From Candidatus Aenigmatarchaeota archaeon (GTDB taxonomy: Archaea > Aenigmatarchaeota > Aenigmatarchaeia > CG10238-14 > SpSt-28): a stretch of DNA of 64,000 bases. This document shows positions 9,970 to 19,917 of the stretch, in pieces; position 1 is the first letter of the stretch; every line of letters begins with the position of its first letter. The stretch is taken from the NCBI GenBank assembly GCA_038997165.1, contig JAWBAK010000001.1:436169-500168 (forward strand). The letters run 5' to 3'. A program made the translations under genes and the position numbers. The notes beneath the pieces were generated by a model. That model worked only from the letters and a program-made list of their open reading frames with translations, was not told where the DNA came from and ran no database searches.

Positions 9970-10725
9970 TTATAAATATTTTCTTATTTCTTTAGATTTA
10001 TCTATGGCTAAATCTAATAACTTTTCCATTTCATTAAATTTAAACTTTCCTTTCAATTTTTGAACAGCAACAATTTTTTCATCATCTCTTATTCCAAAAG
10101 CTATTAAATCATTTATAACTTGCTCTTCATCATAAGTTAAATCTAATATATAAGAATCATTAATTTTTCCTATTGTTACATATGTTGGCTTATATCTTAC
10201 AGGTAAATTACCTATAAATTCATTTCTTATTAAACTATTGTTTTCATATTTTGGAATTTTAGTAGAATGTAAAGCAGCAATACTTGCTAATGCACTTGCA
10301 TCTAATAAGTTTCCATCGTTAGAAATTACATGTATATCAACAAAGACTCCATAAACTTTTCCATCTTCTATAAACAGTTTTTCTAATTCAATCATTTTTG
10401 ATTCTCTAATTATTCTATCTACTAATCTAGCCAATTCTATTGCATACTCATTTGGTGGACCTGGTTCAAATGTTGGATGTGCAATTGGAGGAAACTCTAC
10501 ATTTACTACTAGAATTCCTTCGTTTGGAGTATCTGGAAAAGGTTGTGCTAATTCTATTTTTACTCCAGCTATTACATGTGTATTTCCAAGTTTTACGCTT
10601 GCACTACCTTCAGCCTTAGGTATAATATTTTTTTCTATTTCAATTTTTCTATATTCTAAAAAACTTCTATTGTCTAATCTTTTTCCTTCTTTTAATACTT
10701 GTAAAACTATTCTTTCATCAATCAT
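9970..10725 (-). CDS. rrp42: Exosome subunit Rrp42
   Basis: GKRLDNR, AEGSA.VKLG.T, PFPDTPNEG, FEPGPP, DGNLLDA. Confidence 0.95.
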   Translation of the reverse strand: MIDERIVLQVLKEGKRLDNRSFLEYRKIEIEKNIIPKAEGSASVKLGNTHVIAGVKIELAQPFPDTPNEGILVVNVEFPPIAHPTFEPGPPNEYAIELARLVDRIIRESKMIELEKLFIEDGKVYGVFVDIHVISNDGNLLDASALASIAALHSTKIPKYENNSLIRNEFIGNLPVRYKPTYVTIGKINDSYILDLTYDEEQVINDLIAFGIRDDEKIVAVQKLKGKFKFNEMEKLLDLAIDKSKEIRKYL

Positions 10726-11437
10726 GTTTTTCCAAATAATTCCTTAATGCTTCTTTTTGTTTTTCATAAACAACTTTAGCTTTTTCCTTAAGCAAACTAA
10801 GTGCATATAGAAATTCTTCTTTTTTTAGTTCTCCATCCATTTGTAGAAGAACAATTTCATCTGTAGCAAATAAATAACCAAAAGATATATCAGCATTTCC
10901 ATAATTATCTTCTAATTGGTTTAAATCAACTACAATTTTATCTTCTATTTTTCCAGCAGTAAGTCCTACTATTAAATCTTTCATAGAAATTCCAGCTAAT
11001 GCTAATGCTAAACTAATTGCATTTAACGATGTAACTCTAGTTGAACCGTCGCTAGAAATTATTTCTGCATAACAATCTATAGTAGCTCTTGGATATTCTT
11101 CTAAAAATATAGAGTTTTCTATTGCATCTCTTAAAACTTTAGATAATTCAATACTTCTTCTATCAGTACCAGGATTCTTTCTTGTATCTGTGCTAAAAGG
11201 TGCCATATTATATCTAACTCTTACTATAGCTTTTTCTTCTTCTTGTAAAAATTTTGGTTGTAAACTTCTTGCCCCATATACTGCTGCAATAGCAATTGTA
11301 TTTCCAAAAGAAAATTTTGCACTTCCATTTGCTATAGGAATTATTCCTAGCTCGATATTTATATTTCTAATTTCATCTAAATTTCTTCCATCACTTCTTT
11401 TTCCATTTTCAAGTAGTTTTATATTTTCTTTTTTCAT
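10718..11437 (-). CDS. rrp41: Exosome subunit Rrp41
   Basis: RSDGR, YNMAPFS, DRRSIELSKV, DGSTR, LLQMDG. Confidence 0.95.
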   Translation of the reverse strand: MKKENIKLLENGKRSDGRNLDEIRNINIELGIIPIANGSAKFSFGNTIAIAAVYGARSLQPKFLQEEEKAIVRVRYNMAPFSTDTRKNPGTDRRSIELSKVLRDAIENSIFLEEYPRATIDCYAEIISSDGSTRVTSLNAISLALALAGISMKDLIVGLTAGKIEDKIVVDLNQLEDNYGNADISFGYLFATDEIVLLQMDGELKKEEFLYALSLLKEKAKVVYEKQKEALRNYLEKHD

Positions 11438-12093
11438 TTTTCCTCTAAATATTTCATTACCATTTCTGTTAATCCTTTAAAGTGCGAATTTCTTTCGATA
11501 AATTTTATTGCATTAATAGCTTTTATCATATTTTCAGCTTTTTTTGATTTTATCCATATGTATCCATTTTTTCCTACAATTATTTCACAATTTGTTTTTT
11601 CTGAAATTAATTTTATCATACTCATGTTTTTTCCAATAATTCTCGCAACTTTTGCTGGATTTACACTTATTATTCCTCCACCATTTAATTTTCTAAGATT
11701 ATCATCTTTTAGCGAAATTTGTATTATTTTATAATTTATTACGTTTATAACTTTTGCATATATAATTTCGTTAATATTAATAATTTTGCTCAAATCTGTT
11801 CGATAAATATCTATAAATTCTTTTACAGCTTCTGCAATAGGTAAAAAAGCATAATTAATAGAGTTAATGTCAACAAACCAACCAGCAGCTTCTACTTCTT
11901 TTACTATTCCTATAACTTTATCTCCAACTTCTGGATAATAAGTGGAAGATAAAGAAATTACTTTAGTTTTTTCTTCATCCTTTGAAATTAAAGAAACTTT
12001 TTTTGAAATAAATTTATTGTTAAGTTTATAGCTAAATTCATTCTTTTCAACTTCTTCTCCTGGCAATACTATTTTACCATATAGCTCAGCCAT
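11434..12093 (-). CDS. rrp4: Exosome RNA-binding subunit Rrp4
   Basis: IVLPGE, YYPEVGDKVIGIV S1 domain, KVARIIGK..SMI KH domain, VGKNGYIWI. Confidence 0.93.
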   Translation of the reverse strand: MAELYGKIVLPGEEVEKNEFSYKLNNKFISKKVSLISKDEEKTKVISLSSTYYPEVGDKVIGIVKEVEAAGWFVDINSINYAFLPIAEAVKEFIDIYRTDLSKIININEIIYAKVINVINYKIIQISLKDDNLRKLNGGGIISVNPAKVARIIGKNMSMIKLISEKTNCEIIVGKNGYIWIKSKKAENMIKAINAIKFIERNSHFKGLTEMVMKYLEEK

Positions 12094-12793
12094 TTTCTTT
12101 TCCTATTTCTTTAATTTCAATATCTTTTGAATGTTTATATAGTAAATTTAATATTTCATCCTTTGAGGCACTAATAATTTTAACTTTTAAAAATAAATAG
12201 TTTTCTAACCATTTTTCTTCTAAAATATTAATTTTTAATCTTTTAATTTCGTTTATTATTTTGCTTCCAATATTTAATGGAATTTTTACTTCCATTATAA
12301 TATATTCTAATTTTAGTGGAATAATTTTTTTAAGTTCTTTTATGATATTTTCTAATTGTATTTCAGCATCTATAAATGGATCTATACTAACTTTTGCTTG
12401 CTCTAAGGCTAATGCTATTCTTTGAGGTGGGTGTGGTAAATTATTTTGAGGATTTATAAATCTTTTAGAAATTAAATTTATTATTTGATTTCTTTTTTCC
12501 TCTATTAACTTTCTTTTTAATTCTGTTGGAATTTGAATTTCTCCTTTTGTTAAAATAATTTCTGCTATTTTATAAATATCTGTAGTATTAAAAGCTTCTT
12601 TTAATTCGTTAATTGAAGCTCTTTCAGCTTTTCTAGCATCTTTAAATATGTCATTAACAGCTAGAATTTCTTCTATCTTATGTTTCTTACCTTGTTTATA
12701 TTCAAATGCTTTAAAGGGATCAACCAATATTTCAAATTTTATATTTTTAAATCTATAAGAAGCTATTACAGATTTTTCTATGGATATACTCAT
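12086..12793 (-). CDS. Ribosome maturation protein SBDS/Sdo1
   Basis: FEILVDP, IFKDARKAERAS, INP...PHPP.RI. Confidence 0.95.
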   Translation of the reverse strand: MSISIEKSVIASYRFKNIKFEILVDPFKAFEYKQGKKHKIEEILAVNDIFKDARKAERASINELKEAFNTTDIYKIAEIILTKGEIQIPTELKRKLIEEKRNQIINLISKRFINPQNNLPHPPQRIALALEQAKVSIDPFIDAEIQLENIIKELKKIIPLKLEYIIMEVKIPLNIGSKIINEIKRLKINILEEKWLENYLFLKVKIISASKDEILNLLYKHSKDIEIKEIGKENG

Positions 12794-13467
12794 TCTTCTA
12801 TTACTTTTGAAAATGGAGTTTCTTTTTCAATGTAAACAATTTCTATTGTAGCATCTTTTTCAACTTTTTTTAATATTTCTTTTGCTAGCTCTATAGAATC
12901 TTCTCTATTCATATTTTCTTTCCATTTTTGTTTTAATATTTTCATAGCAGCTTCTGATTGTCTTCCAATAGCAACAGCTTTCCATTCAAAAATTGCTCCA
13001 CTAGGTTCTATTTCAAAAACATGAGCACCTTTAACATCAACACCACTAATTATTAACCAAACACCAAAAGGTCTTAAACCGCCATACATTGTAAATTGTT
13101 GCATTTCATCACCTATAAATCTTGCTAACTCTCCAACATCTATTTTTTCATCATAAGTTAATGTATAAGATTGTGCTCTATATCTTGCTATTTTTGCTAA
13201 AAATCTTGCATCTGCTATTAATCCGCTAGAAACCATTCCAATATGATCATCTATTTTAAATATTTTTTCAACACTTTCGCTAATTTGGAGTTCGTCAACA
13301 AATTTCGCTGCTGCGATTATAACACCTTTATTATATTTAAAAGAAATTGCTGTAGGACCTCTTTTACCAGCTTCTTTTGCATATTCTACTTGGAATAATC
13401 TTCCATCTGGACTAAAAACTGCTATTGTTCTATCGTAACCTAAATACTCTGGTAATAACTCTGGCAT
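12790..13467 (-). CDS. psmA: Proteasome alpha subunit
   Basis: GYDRTIAVFSPDGRLFQVEYA signature, RPFGV. Confidence 0.97.
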   Translation of the reverse strand: MPELLPEYLGYDRTIAVFSPDGRLFQVEYAKEAGKRGPTAISFKYNKGVIIAAAKFVDELQISESVEKIFKIDDHIGMVSSGLIADARFLAKIARYRAQSYTLTYDEKIDVGELARFIGDEMQQFTMYGGLRPFGVWLIISGVDVKGAHVFEIEPSGAIFEWKAVAIGRQSEAAMKILKQKWKENMNREDSIELAKEILKKVEKDATIEIVYIEKETPFSKVIEE

Positions 13468-13498
13468 ATAATTATCTACAACAATAAAATTTATATTT

Positions 13499-14716
13499 TT
13501 AATTATAGTTTGAATAACCTATTAATCTCCAACTTCCTTTAATTTGTTTAGAGATTAAAATTCTATCGTTTTTTTGAATTACAATTGGAAATCTTAATAA
13601 AACATCTAAATAATTTTCCTTTATACTTTTTACTATTCCAACAGTTCTTTGTGGTCCTATATTTATTAAAATCATATCATTTTCTTTTATTTTTATTTCT
13701 TTTTCATCTAACATATATCTTTGTAAGTATTTAATTTCAAATGATATAGAATTAACTTCTTTTGGAAGTTCATTAACTAAACTAATTATTCTTCCAGCTA
13801 ATGAATCATTTTTTGCAATACTTGCATCTAGATTTGTTTGAATTCCTATTAATCCTCCTGGAGTTGCTTCTTCAACTCTTACTCCACTTTTTCTAATTTC
13901 AATAATTTTTGCTGTTAAGTCGATAAATTTTCCATTATGATAGGCAGCTGGTTTTATTTCGATTTCATCATTTTCTCTAAATTTTCCTTTTATTACGCTA
14001 CCCCCAAAAACAGCTCCTTTTAGTTCTTTTATTTTTGTTCCTGGCAAGTTTATATCAAAACTTCTTATTGCATACATTATAGGCTTTTCTTTTTCATTTC
14101 TTTGTGGTGTTGGAATAAATTTTTCTATTGCTTCTATTAAATATTCAATATTAATATTAAATTGAGCAGAAATAGGAATTATTGGAGAGTTTTCGTAGGG
14201 TGTATTTTTTAAAAAATTTTTTATTTGAGAATAATGTTCTAAAAGTTTTTGTTTATCTCTTACTAAATCAATTTTTGTTTGAGCTATTACTATATTTTTA
14301 ATTCCTGCTATTTCTAAAGCTTTTAGATGTTCTTCTGTTTGAGGTTGTGGACATTTTTCATTCGAAGCAATTACTAAAATTCCTCCATCCATTAAGCTGC
14401 TTGCTGTTAAAACCAAGCTCATTAACGTTTCATGTCCAGGAGCATCTATAAAGCTAATTGCTCTTAAAAATTCAACATTTTTTGAAAAACATTTTGGACA
14501 AGCTTTTAAATTATTAATGTCAGAAAAGTAAAATTCACAATCTTTACATTTATAAAATTTTGCATCAGCATATCCTAACTTAAGAGTTATACCTCTTTTC
14601 AATTCTTCGCTATGTTGTAAAGTTAATTTACCTGTTAATGCTTTAGTTAATATTGTTTTGCCATGCGCAACATGACCAACTAAACCTATGTTAATTATAG
14701 GTAATTCTTCTTTCAT
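13499..14716 (-). CDS. eif2g: Translation initiation factor aIF2 gamma
   Basis: NIGLVGHVAHGK, HSEELKRGIT, Zn knuckle, DAPGHETLM, CPQPQTEEH, RSFDIN.PG. Confidence 0.96.
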   Translation of the reverse strand: MKEELPIINIGLVGHVAHGKTILTKALTGKLTLQHSEELKRGITLKLGYADAKFYKCKDCEFYFSDINNLKACPKCFSKNVEFLRAISFIDAPGHETLMSLVLTASSLMDGGILVIASNEKCPQPQTEEHLKALEIAGIKNIVIAQTKIDLVRDKQKLLEHYSQIKNFLKNTPYENSPIIPISAQFNINIEYLIEAIEKFIPTPQRNEKEKPIMYAIRSFDINLPGTKIKELKGAVFGGSVIKGKFRENDEIEIKPAAYHNGKFIDLTAKIIEIRKSGVRVEEATPGGLIGIQTNLDASIAKNDSLAGRIISLVNELPKEVNSISFEIKYLQRYMLDEKEIKIKENDMILINIGPQRTVGIVKSIKENYLDVLLRFPIVIQKNDRILISKQIKGSWRLIGYSNYN

Positions 14717-15123
14717 TGTTGCGACTTTTTCTGCAAAAATTGTTTAATTACTTCAAATTCTTCTAATGGTTTTTCTCCCTTTTTAATAATTTTCATATTA
14801 ATTTGAACAATATCGCTACTAATTGTGTTTCCTCTAACTGTTTTTTTCTTTCTCTCTCCTTTCTTTCTTGGATGAAAACAGGGTGGAGAAGATAATAAAA
14901 CTTTTTTCTTTACAGAACCTTCAACATTTGGATGCATTGGAAATCCATCTTTATCAGTACCTCCTGTTATTTGAAGTTCGTATCCACTTAATCCGATAAT
15001 ATTTCCATCTATTTTATCTCCAATTTTTTTTCCAATTAGTTGCGGAGCTAGGGATTGATCTATTTCTATTTGATATGCTTTTCTTGTTTCTGGATCACTT
15101 ACTACAATTTTCCATACCGGCAT
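14713..15123 (-). CDS. rps6e: Ribosomal protein eS6
   Basis: ITGGTDKDGFPM, GERKKKTVRGN. Confidence 0.96.
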   Translation of the reverse strand: MPVWKIVVSDPETRKAYQIEIDQSLAPQLIGKKIGDKIDGNIIGLSGYELQITGGTDKDGFPMHPNVEGSVKKKVLLSSPPCFHPRKKGERKKKTVRGNTISSDIVQINMKIIKKGEKPLEEFEVIKQFLQKKSQQ

Positions 15124-15199
15124 AATTTATTAAAGATATAAATTTATATTCATTCTCAGTTTTTAGTTCCTTAATATTTATATATTTATTTATTTTTAT

Positions 15200-17458
15200 T
15201 TAAACTTCGATTAATGGCTTAAAATTATTCCAAAGTTTTTTTATTATATTTCTAAAATCTTCTGTAACATTCTTTTTATTCAAATCTAAACTTAACTTTT
15301 TCCAACCTTTTCCTAGAAACAATTTTCCAATTAAAACTTTCTGTTCAAATTCATTAAGTAGATTTTGATAATTAGTTAGAAAATAAAATTTTGCAACTTC
15401 TTTTACAACATCTGTAACACTTTCATATGGCAATAAATCTTGTGAAAATGCCTCTATTCTTTCTATTTGATTTTTAGTTAACAAGGGAAAATAGTAAGAA
15501 TTGATAGGTTTGCTTAGTAGTATATATGCACTTTCTAATTCTATATCATAATACGCATCAGATAAACTAGCAATTAATCTTTGTTTAAATTCAAAATAAA
15601 TTTTTTCCACTATTTCTTTAGCTTTATCATTTAATGGCTTAATCCATATAGTGCTATATTCTCCACTTGTTTCATTTCTCTTAGAAGAAATATGTAAAGG
15701 AACAAAACCGTTTTTTATCCAAAATTTTGCAAGCTTTGGTGAAATACCAAAAACAGTGCCAATATAATCAACTTTATCTTTGAATTCTTCTTCAATTTTT
15801 TTTATTGCATAACTTCCAATACCCAAACTAAATAATTTAGGATGAGTAGCTATCCTTACTATTCTAATTCCTTTCAATTTAGCAATTTCTTTTTCTCTAT
15901 AATGTCTTAATAATATTCCTGGAATAATGTTTCCAAAAATCTCTTTAGCACCTTTTGATAAAATATAATTTATTAAATCGTCATTTAAATTACCTTCAAA
16001 ACTAAGATGCAATGAATTTATAATTTTTTTTGTATTTTTTACATTAACAAATCTGGCAAAATGGTGCGGAGCATCTGCTAATATTCCTAAATCTCTTGGT
16101 CTATTTCTATAGTGTGCAATAACATAGATACCAAAAAAATTTCTTAATAATTCTTCATCTTCAAACAATTTTTCTATATCTATTTTTGAATATTCATATT
16201 CTTCTTTAGATATTTTCATTATATCTTCTTTATCTAATTCACAAGGTTCGCTATCTAATAAAAGAAAATCAAATATCCATTTTTCTACTTCATCATCAAT
16301 TGAATATCTTATGGGTTCTTTCATTTCATATTCTATAAATTCGATATTTTCTTCTTTTAAGAATTCCTTAAATTTTATTTCAAAACTTCTGCCAGAACCT
16401 TCATAACCATGAATTGTAGACGAAAATATGCATTTTTCAAAATTTTTTGCTACTCTAATTAATATATTTGCCGATATTGCTGCTGCTTCGTCAATAATTA
16501 CTAAGTCATATTTATTTTCTAAAATTTTTATTGGTTCACTATATTCTATATAGCAATAATTTGTTATAATTTTATAATTTTCTTTTTTGTACTTAATTTT
16601 TAGCTTATTCAATCCAATCTCTAAAAATCTATATAATGTATTTACGTTTTCTTTTTCTAAGGAGCTTATGCAAATTTTTATTTTGAATTTTCTTTTTTCA
16701 AATTTATAAATTAAATTTGCTAAAAAAAGTCCTAAGCTAGATGATTTACCTCTACCTCTATTTGCTTTTAATATAAAAACTTTTTTATCACTTTCAAAAA
16801 AAATATCTAATAAATTAATTACATTTACTTGATCTTGAGTTTTACAAATCTTAAAAATTATTTTTGGTATTTTTGATTTCGGAAAAACTATCTTTTCTTT
16901 TTCCATTTTTTCTTTTTCTACTTTTCCAATCTTTTTAATTTCGATGTTTTCATTTTCAATAGTTACTATTGAAATTGGTTTTCCTTCAAATAATTTTTTT
17001 AAAAATCTAGTTTCAAAAACATTTCTTGGCATTTGATCAGAATATACTAGCAACTTTTTAAATTTATATTGATAGTCTAGAAATTCGTTCAATTTTCTAA
17101 AAATAAAAATTATTATTCCTCCACCTTTTATACTATCTACAATTCTTCCAATATCGTCTGGATGAATATTTTCTCTAAAATCTATAATAGCATTATCAAA
17201 GGTTTGACCTAAAATTTTTCTGCTATCTTTAAACTCAAGAAAATAAAAATTTAGATTTAAGTTTTCAAACTTAGATTTTTCATTACTTACAAAAATCGAA
17301 TTCTTACTTTCAATAATTTTAAAAATTTCTTTTAGAAAATCTAAATCTTTATCGCAAAAAATTGCTAAAATTCTTCTTTCATAGAATTTTTTAGCTTCTT
17401 TTTTAAGTTCTAAAACTAATTTTTTAATTTCTTCTAATTTCATATTCCAAATTTCCAT
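15200..17458 (-). CDS. tmcA: RNA cytidine acetyltransferase TmcA/Nat10
   Basis: ANRGRGKS, IDEAAAI, STIHGYEGSGR, AHYRNRPRDL, RIVRIATHP. Confidence 0.95.
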   Translation of the reverse strand: MEIWNMKLEEIKKLVLELKKEAKKFYERRILAIFCDKDLDFLKEIFKIIESKNSIFVSNEKSKFENLNLNFYFLEFKDSRKILGQTFDNAIIDFRENIHPDDIGRIVDSIKGGGIIIFIFRKLNEFLDYQYKFKKLLVYSDQMPRNVFETRFLKKLFEGKPISIVTIENENIEIKKIGKVEKEKMEKEKIVFPKSKIPKIIFKICKTQDQVNVINLLDIFFESDKKVFILKANRGRGKSSSLGLFLANLIYKFEKRKFKIKICISSLEKENVNTLYRFLEIGLNKLKIKYKKENYKIITNYCYIEYSEPIKILENKYDLVIIDEAAAISANILIRVAKNFEKCIFSSTIHGYEGSGRSFEIKFKEFLKEENIEFIEYEMKEPIRYSIDDEVEKWIFDFLLLDSEPCELDKEDIMKISKEEYEYSKIDIEKLFEDEELLRNFFGIYVIAHYRNRPRDLGILADAPHHFARFVNVKNTKKIINSLHLSFEGNLNDDLINYILSKGAKEIFGNIIPGILLRHYREKEIAKLKGIRIVRIATHPKLFSLGIGSYAIKKIEEEFKDKVDYIGTVFGISPKLAKFWIKNGFVPLHISSKRNETSGEYSTIWIKPLNDKAKEIVEKIYFEFKQRLIASLSDAYYDIELESAYILLSKPINSYYFPLLTKNQIERIEAFSQDLLPYESVTDVVKEVAKFYFLTNYQNLLNEFEQKVLIGKLFLGKGWKKLSLDLNKKNVTEDFRNIIKKLWNNFKPLIEV

Positions 17459-18062
17459 AAGGTAAAATCACTTTTGAATCAAAGAAATAAGAAGTATTTG
17501 ATGAGATTAAAATTCCATCTCTATAGATATTCCCTTCTTTATTAATTAGAGATTTCACATCTATTCTAATATCTAAATTTAATGGAAAATCAAAAAAGTT
17601 TTTTATTAAAATTTTATATGAATTTTCAAAAGCAATTAATTTAACAAAATTTCCTACATCTCTTTTCTCTACTTCTTTTATTATGAATTCTCTAATTTCT
17701 GAAGAAATACATACTTTATCTTCAATATAATTTACTTCTATTATTTCTCCAGTTTTTAAATAAAAAGTAGCGTTCTTTGGTAAATCGTAACAGTAAAAAC
17801 TTCTTTTAATTAGATACGGATAATTTATTTTATATTCATAAGTTCTTTCAATAATATAAAAACTACTTTCTATATCTTTTCTTATCCAAATAAAGGCATT
17901 AGATATTTCAAACTTCCTAATAAGAGTTAATTTTGGAGTTTCTAAAAATTTATATAAATTAAAATAAAAAAGAGAAATTGAAATAGTTAAAATTAGAGTT
18001 ATGAAAAATCTTTTTATTGCAAGATTTTCTTTCAATCTTTTTATCTTATCTAATCTTACCAT
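17424..18062 (-). CDS. Hypothetical protein with N-terminal membrane anchor
   Basis: Hydrophobic segment FFITLILTISISLFYF; in operon context. Confidence 0.65.
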   Translation of the reverse strand: MVRLDKIKRLKENLAIKRFFITLILTISISLFYFNLYKFLETPKLTLIRKFEISNAFIWIRKDIESSFYIIERTYEYKINYPYLIKRSFYCYDLPKNATFYLKTGEIIEVNYIEDKVCISSEIREFIIKEVEKRDVGNFVKLIAFENSYKILIKNFFDFPLNLDIRIDVKSLINKEGNIYRDGILISSNTSYFFDSKVILPYGNLEYEIRRN

Positions 18063-18064
18063 AA

Positions 18065-19816
18065 TTAAACATCAAAATAAATTCCTTTTTCTTTTTGTTC
18101 TCTATCTATTTTTGAATCGAATTTATTAATTCTTGGTCTATTTGTTTCTTTATCTTTTCTAAATGTAATTTGAAATTCTTTTAAAAATTCATTTATCCCA
18201 TCTTTTAATTCATAGATTTTAGCTTTACCAAATGTTCCTGGATTACCTTTAAATAGCAATATTCTATGCGAAATGTAAGAAATAAAAGTTAAGTCATGAT
18301 CAATAACTAAAAAACTTTTTTCTCTATTTTCAATAAAATTTTTTAAATTTTTTATTAAAGATATTCTTTCTTCGATATCTAAAAAAGCAGACGGTTCATC
18401 TAAAATATATAAATCGGAATCTTTTAATAAACAGGCAGCTATTGCAACCCTTTGCATTTCACCACCACTCAAATTTTTTACATTTTTCAGCAAAATTCTC
18501 TGTAAGTTTAGGGGAAATATTATTTCTTTTATTTCATTTTCACCAATTTTTTTAATTGAATTTAAATATTCTTCAACAGTTCCATCAAAATCTATATTAA
18601 TAAATTGAGGTTTATAAGAAATAGAAATGCTTAAATTTAAGTTACTTTCAATTTCTTTAGCTAAAATTTTTGCAAAAGTAGTTTTTCCAAGAGCATTAGC
18701 TCCGATTACACCAATTATTTCCTTTTTTCTTATTTCAAAACTTTCAACAAATAATTTAAATGAATCTAATTTTTTTTCAAAACTTTCAATTTTTATTAGA
18801 ATTTCGTTTTTTGGTTGAATTTGTTGAGCTTTTTCAAACTTAATTTCGAAATCTCTAAACTTAATGTTTTCTTCTTTTATATAACCTTCAAAAAAATTAT
18901 TAATACCGACTCTAGCTGATAATAAGTTACTTACAATTCCATATACAGATGGCATTCCATAAAATATATGAATATAATCGCATAATGCATCTAAAAATGC
19001 TATGTCATGATCAACAATTATTGATGATTTGTCTTTTAAATGTTTCCTAAAAATATTAATTAAATTAAATCTTTGAGATATATCTAGAAAAGTTGTTGGT
19101 TCATCAAAATAATAAAAATCTGCATTTTTTGCTAACGAAATAGAAATTGCTAATGCTTGCAATTCTCCGCCACTAAGATTTTCAATATTTTTTTCTAAGA
19201 TAGAAATTCCAAATTCGTTTAAAATAAGAAATATCTTTTCTTTATCTTCTTTTAAACTATCGATAATATCTTTAACTTTTCCTTTTAGAAGTTTTGGAAT
19301 TAAATCAACTCTTTGTGGCTTATAAGAAAGCCTCACTTTATTTTCTTTTAATTTTTCTAAATAATTTTGAATTTCTTTACCTCTAAAAATTTTTATTAAA
19401 TCTGAAATTTCATATTCTTTATCAATTTCACCAAAATTCGGTTTAATTTCTCCTATTAATATTTTTAACGAAGATGTTTTTCCAATACCATTTGGACCAA
19501 TTATACCAACTATTTTATTTTCTATCGGAAAAGGTAAATTGTATAATTCAAAACCATTTATCCCAAATCTATGTATTGGTTTTTGATCTAATGGTTTTGG
19601 AAAATTTACAATTCTTATTGCATCAAATGGACAAACTTTAATACATATACCACAACCAATACAAAGATCTTCATCTATAGCGACTATATTTTTTTCTTCG
19701 TTGAAATAGACAGCTTTTTTATTATTTGTAGTTATTGGGCATTTAGATATACAAACTAGATTACATTTATCAAATCTACATAGTTCTCTATCTATTACTG
19801 CAATTCTTTTCTTCAT
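18065..19816 (-). CDS. Ribosome recycling ATPase ABCE1/Rli1
   Basis: N-terminal 2x[4Fe-4S] Cys motifs (CIGCGICIKVCP), two ABC domains (GPNGIGKT, GANALGKT, LSGGE twice). Confidence 0.96.
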   Translation of the reverse strand: MKKRIAVIDRELCRFDKCNLVCISKCPITTNNKKAVYFNEEKNIVAIDEDLCIGCGICIKVCPFDAIRIVNFPKPLDQKPIHRFGINGFELYNLPFPIENKIVGIIGPNGIGKTSSLKILIGEIKPNFGEIDKEYEISDLIKIFRGKEIQNYLEKLKENKVRLSYKPQRVDLIPKLLKGKVKDIIDSLKEDKEKIFLILNEFGISILEKNIENLSGGELQALAISISLAKNADFYYFDEPTTFLDISQRFNLINIFRKHLKDKSSIIVDHDIAFLDALCDYIHIFYGMPSVYGIVSNLLSARVGINNFFEGYIKEENIKFRDFEIKFEKAQQIQPKNEILIKIESFEKKLDSFKLFVESFEIRKKEIIGVIGANALGKTTFAKILAKEIESNLNLSISISYKPQFINIDFDGTVEEYLNSIKKIGENEIKEIIFPLNLQRILLKNVKNLSGGEMQRVAIAACLLKDSDLYILDEPSAFLDIEERISLIKNLKNFIENREKSFLVIDHDLTFISYISHRILLFKGNPGTFGKAKIYELKDGINEFLKEFQITFRKDKETNRPRINKFDSKIDREQKEKGIYFDV

Positions 19817-19917
19817 AAAGCATTTAAATTTCTTTTCGAAATATATTTGAAACGAATAGTAATGTTTAACATTAATGAAAGAAATTAATATAAATCTTTA
19901 ATGCTATTTATATTTAT

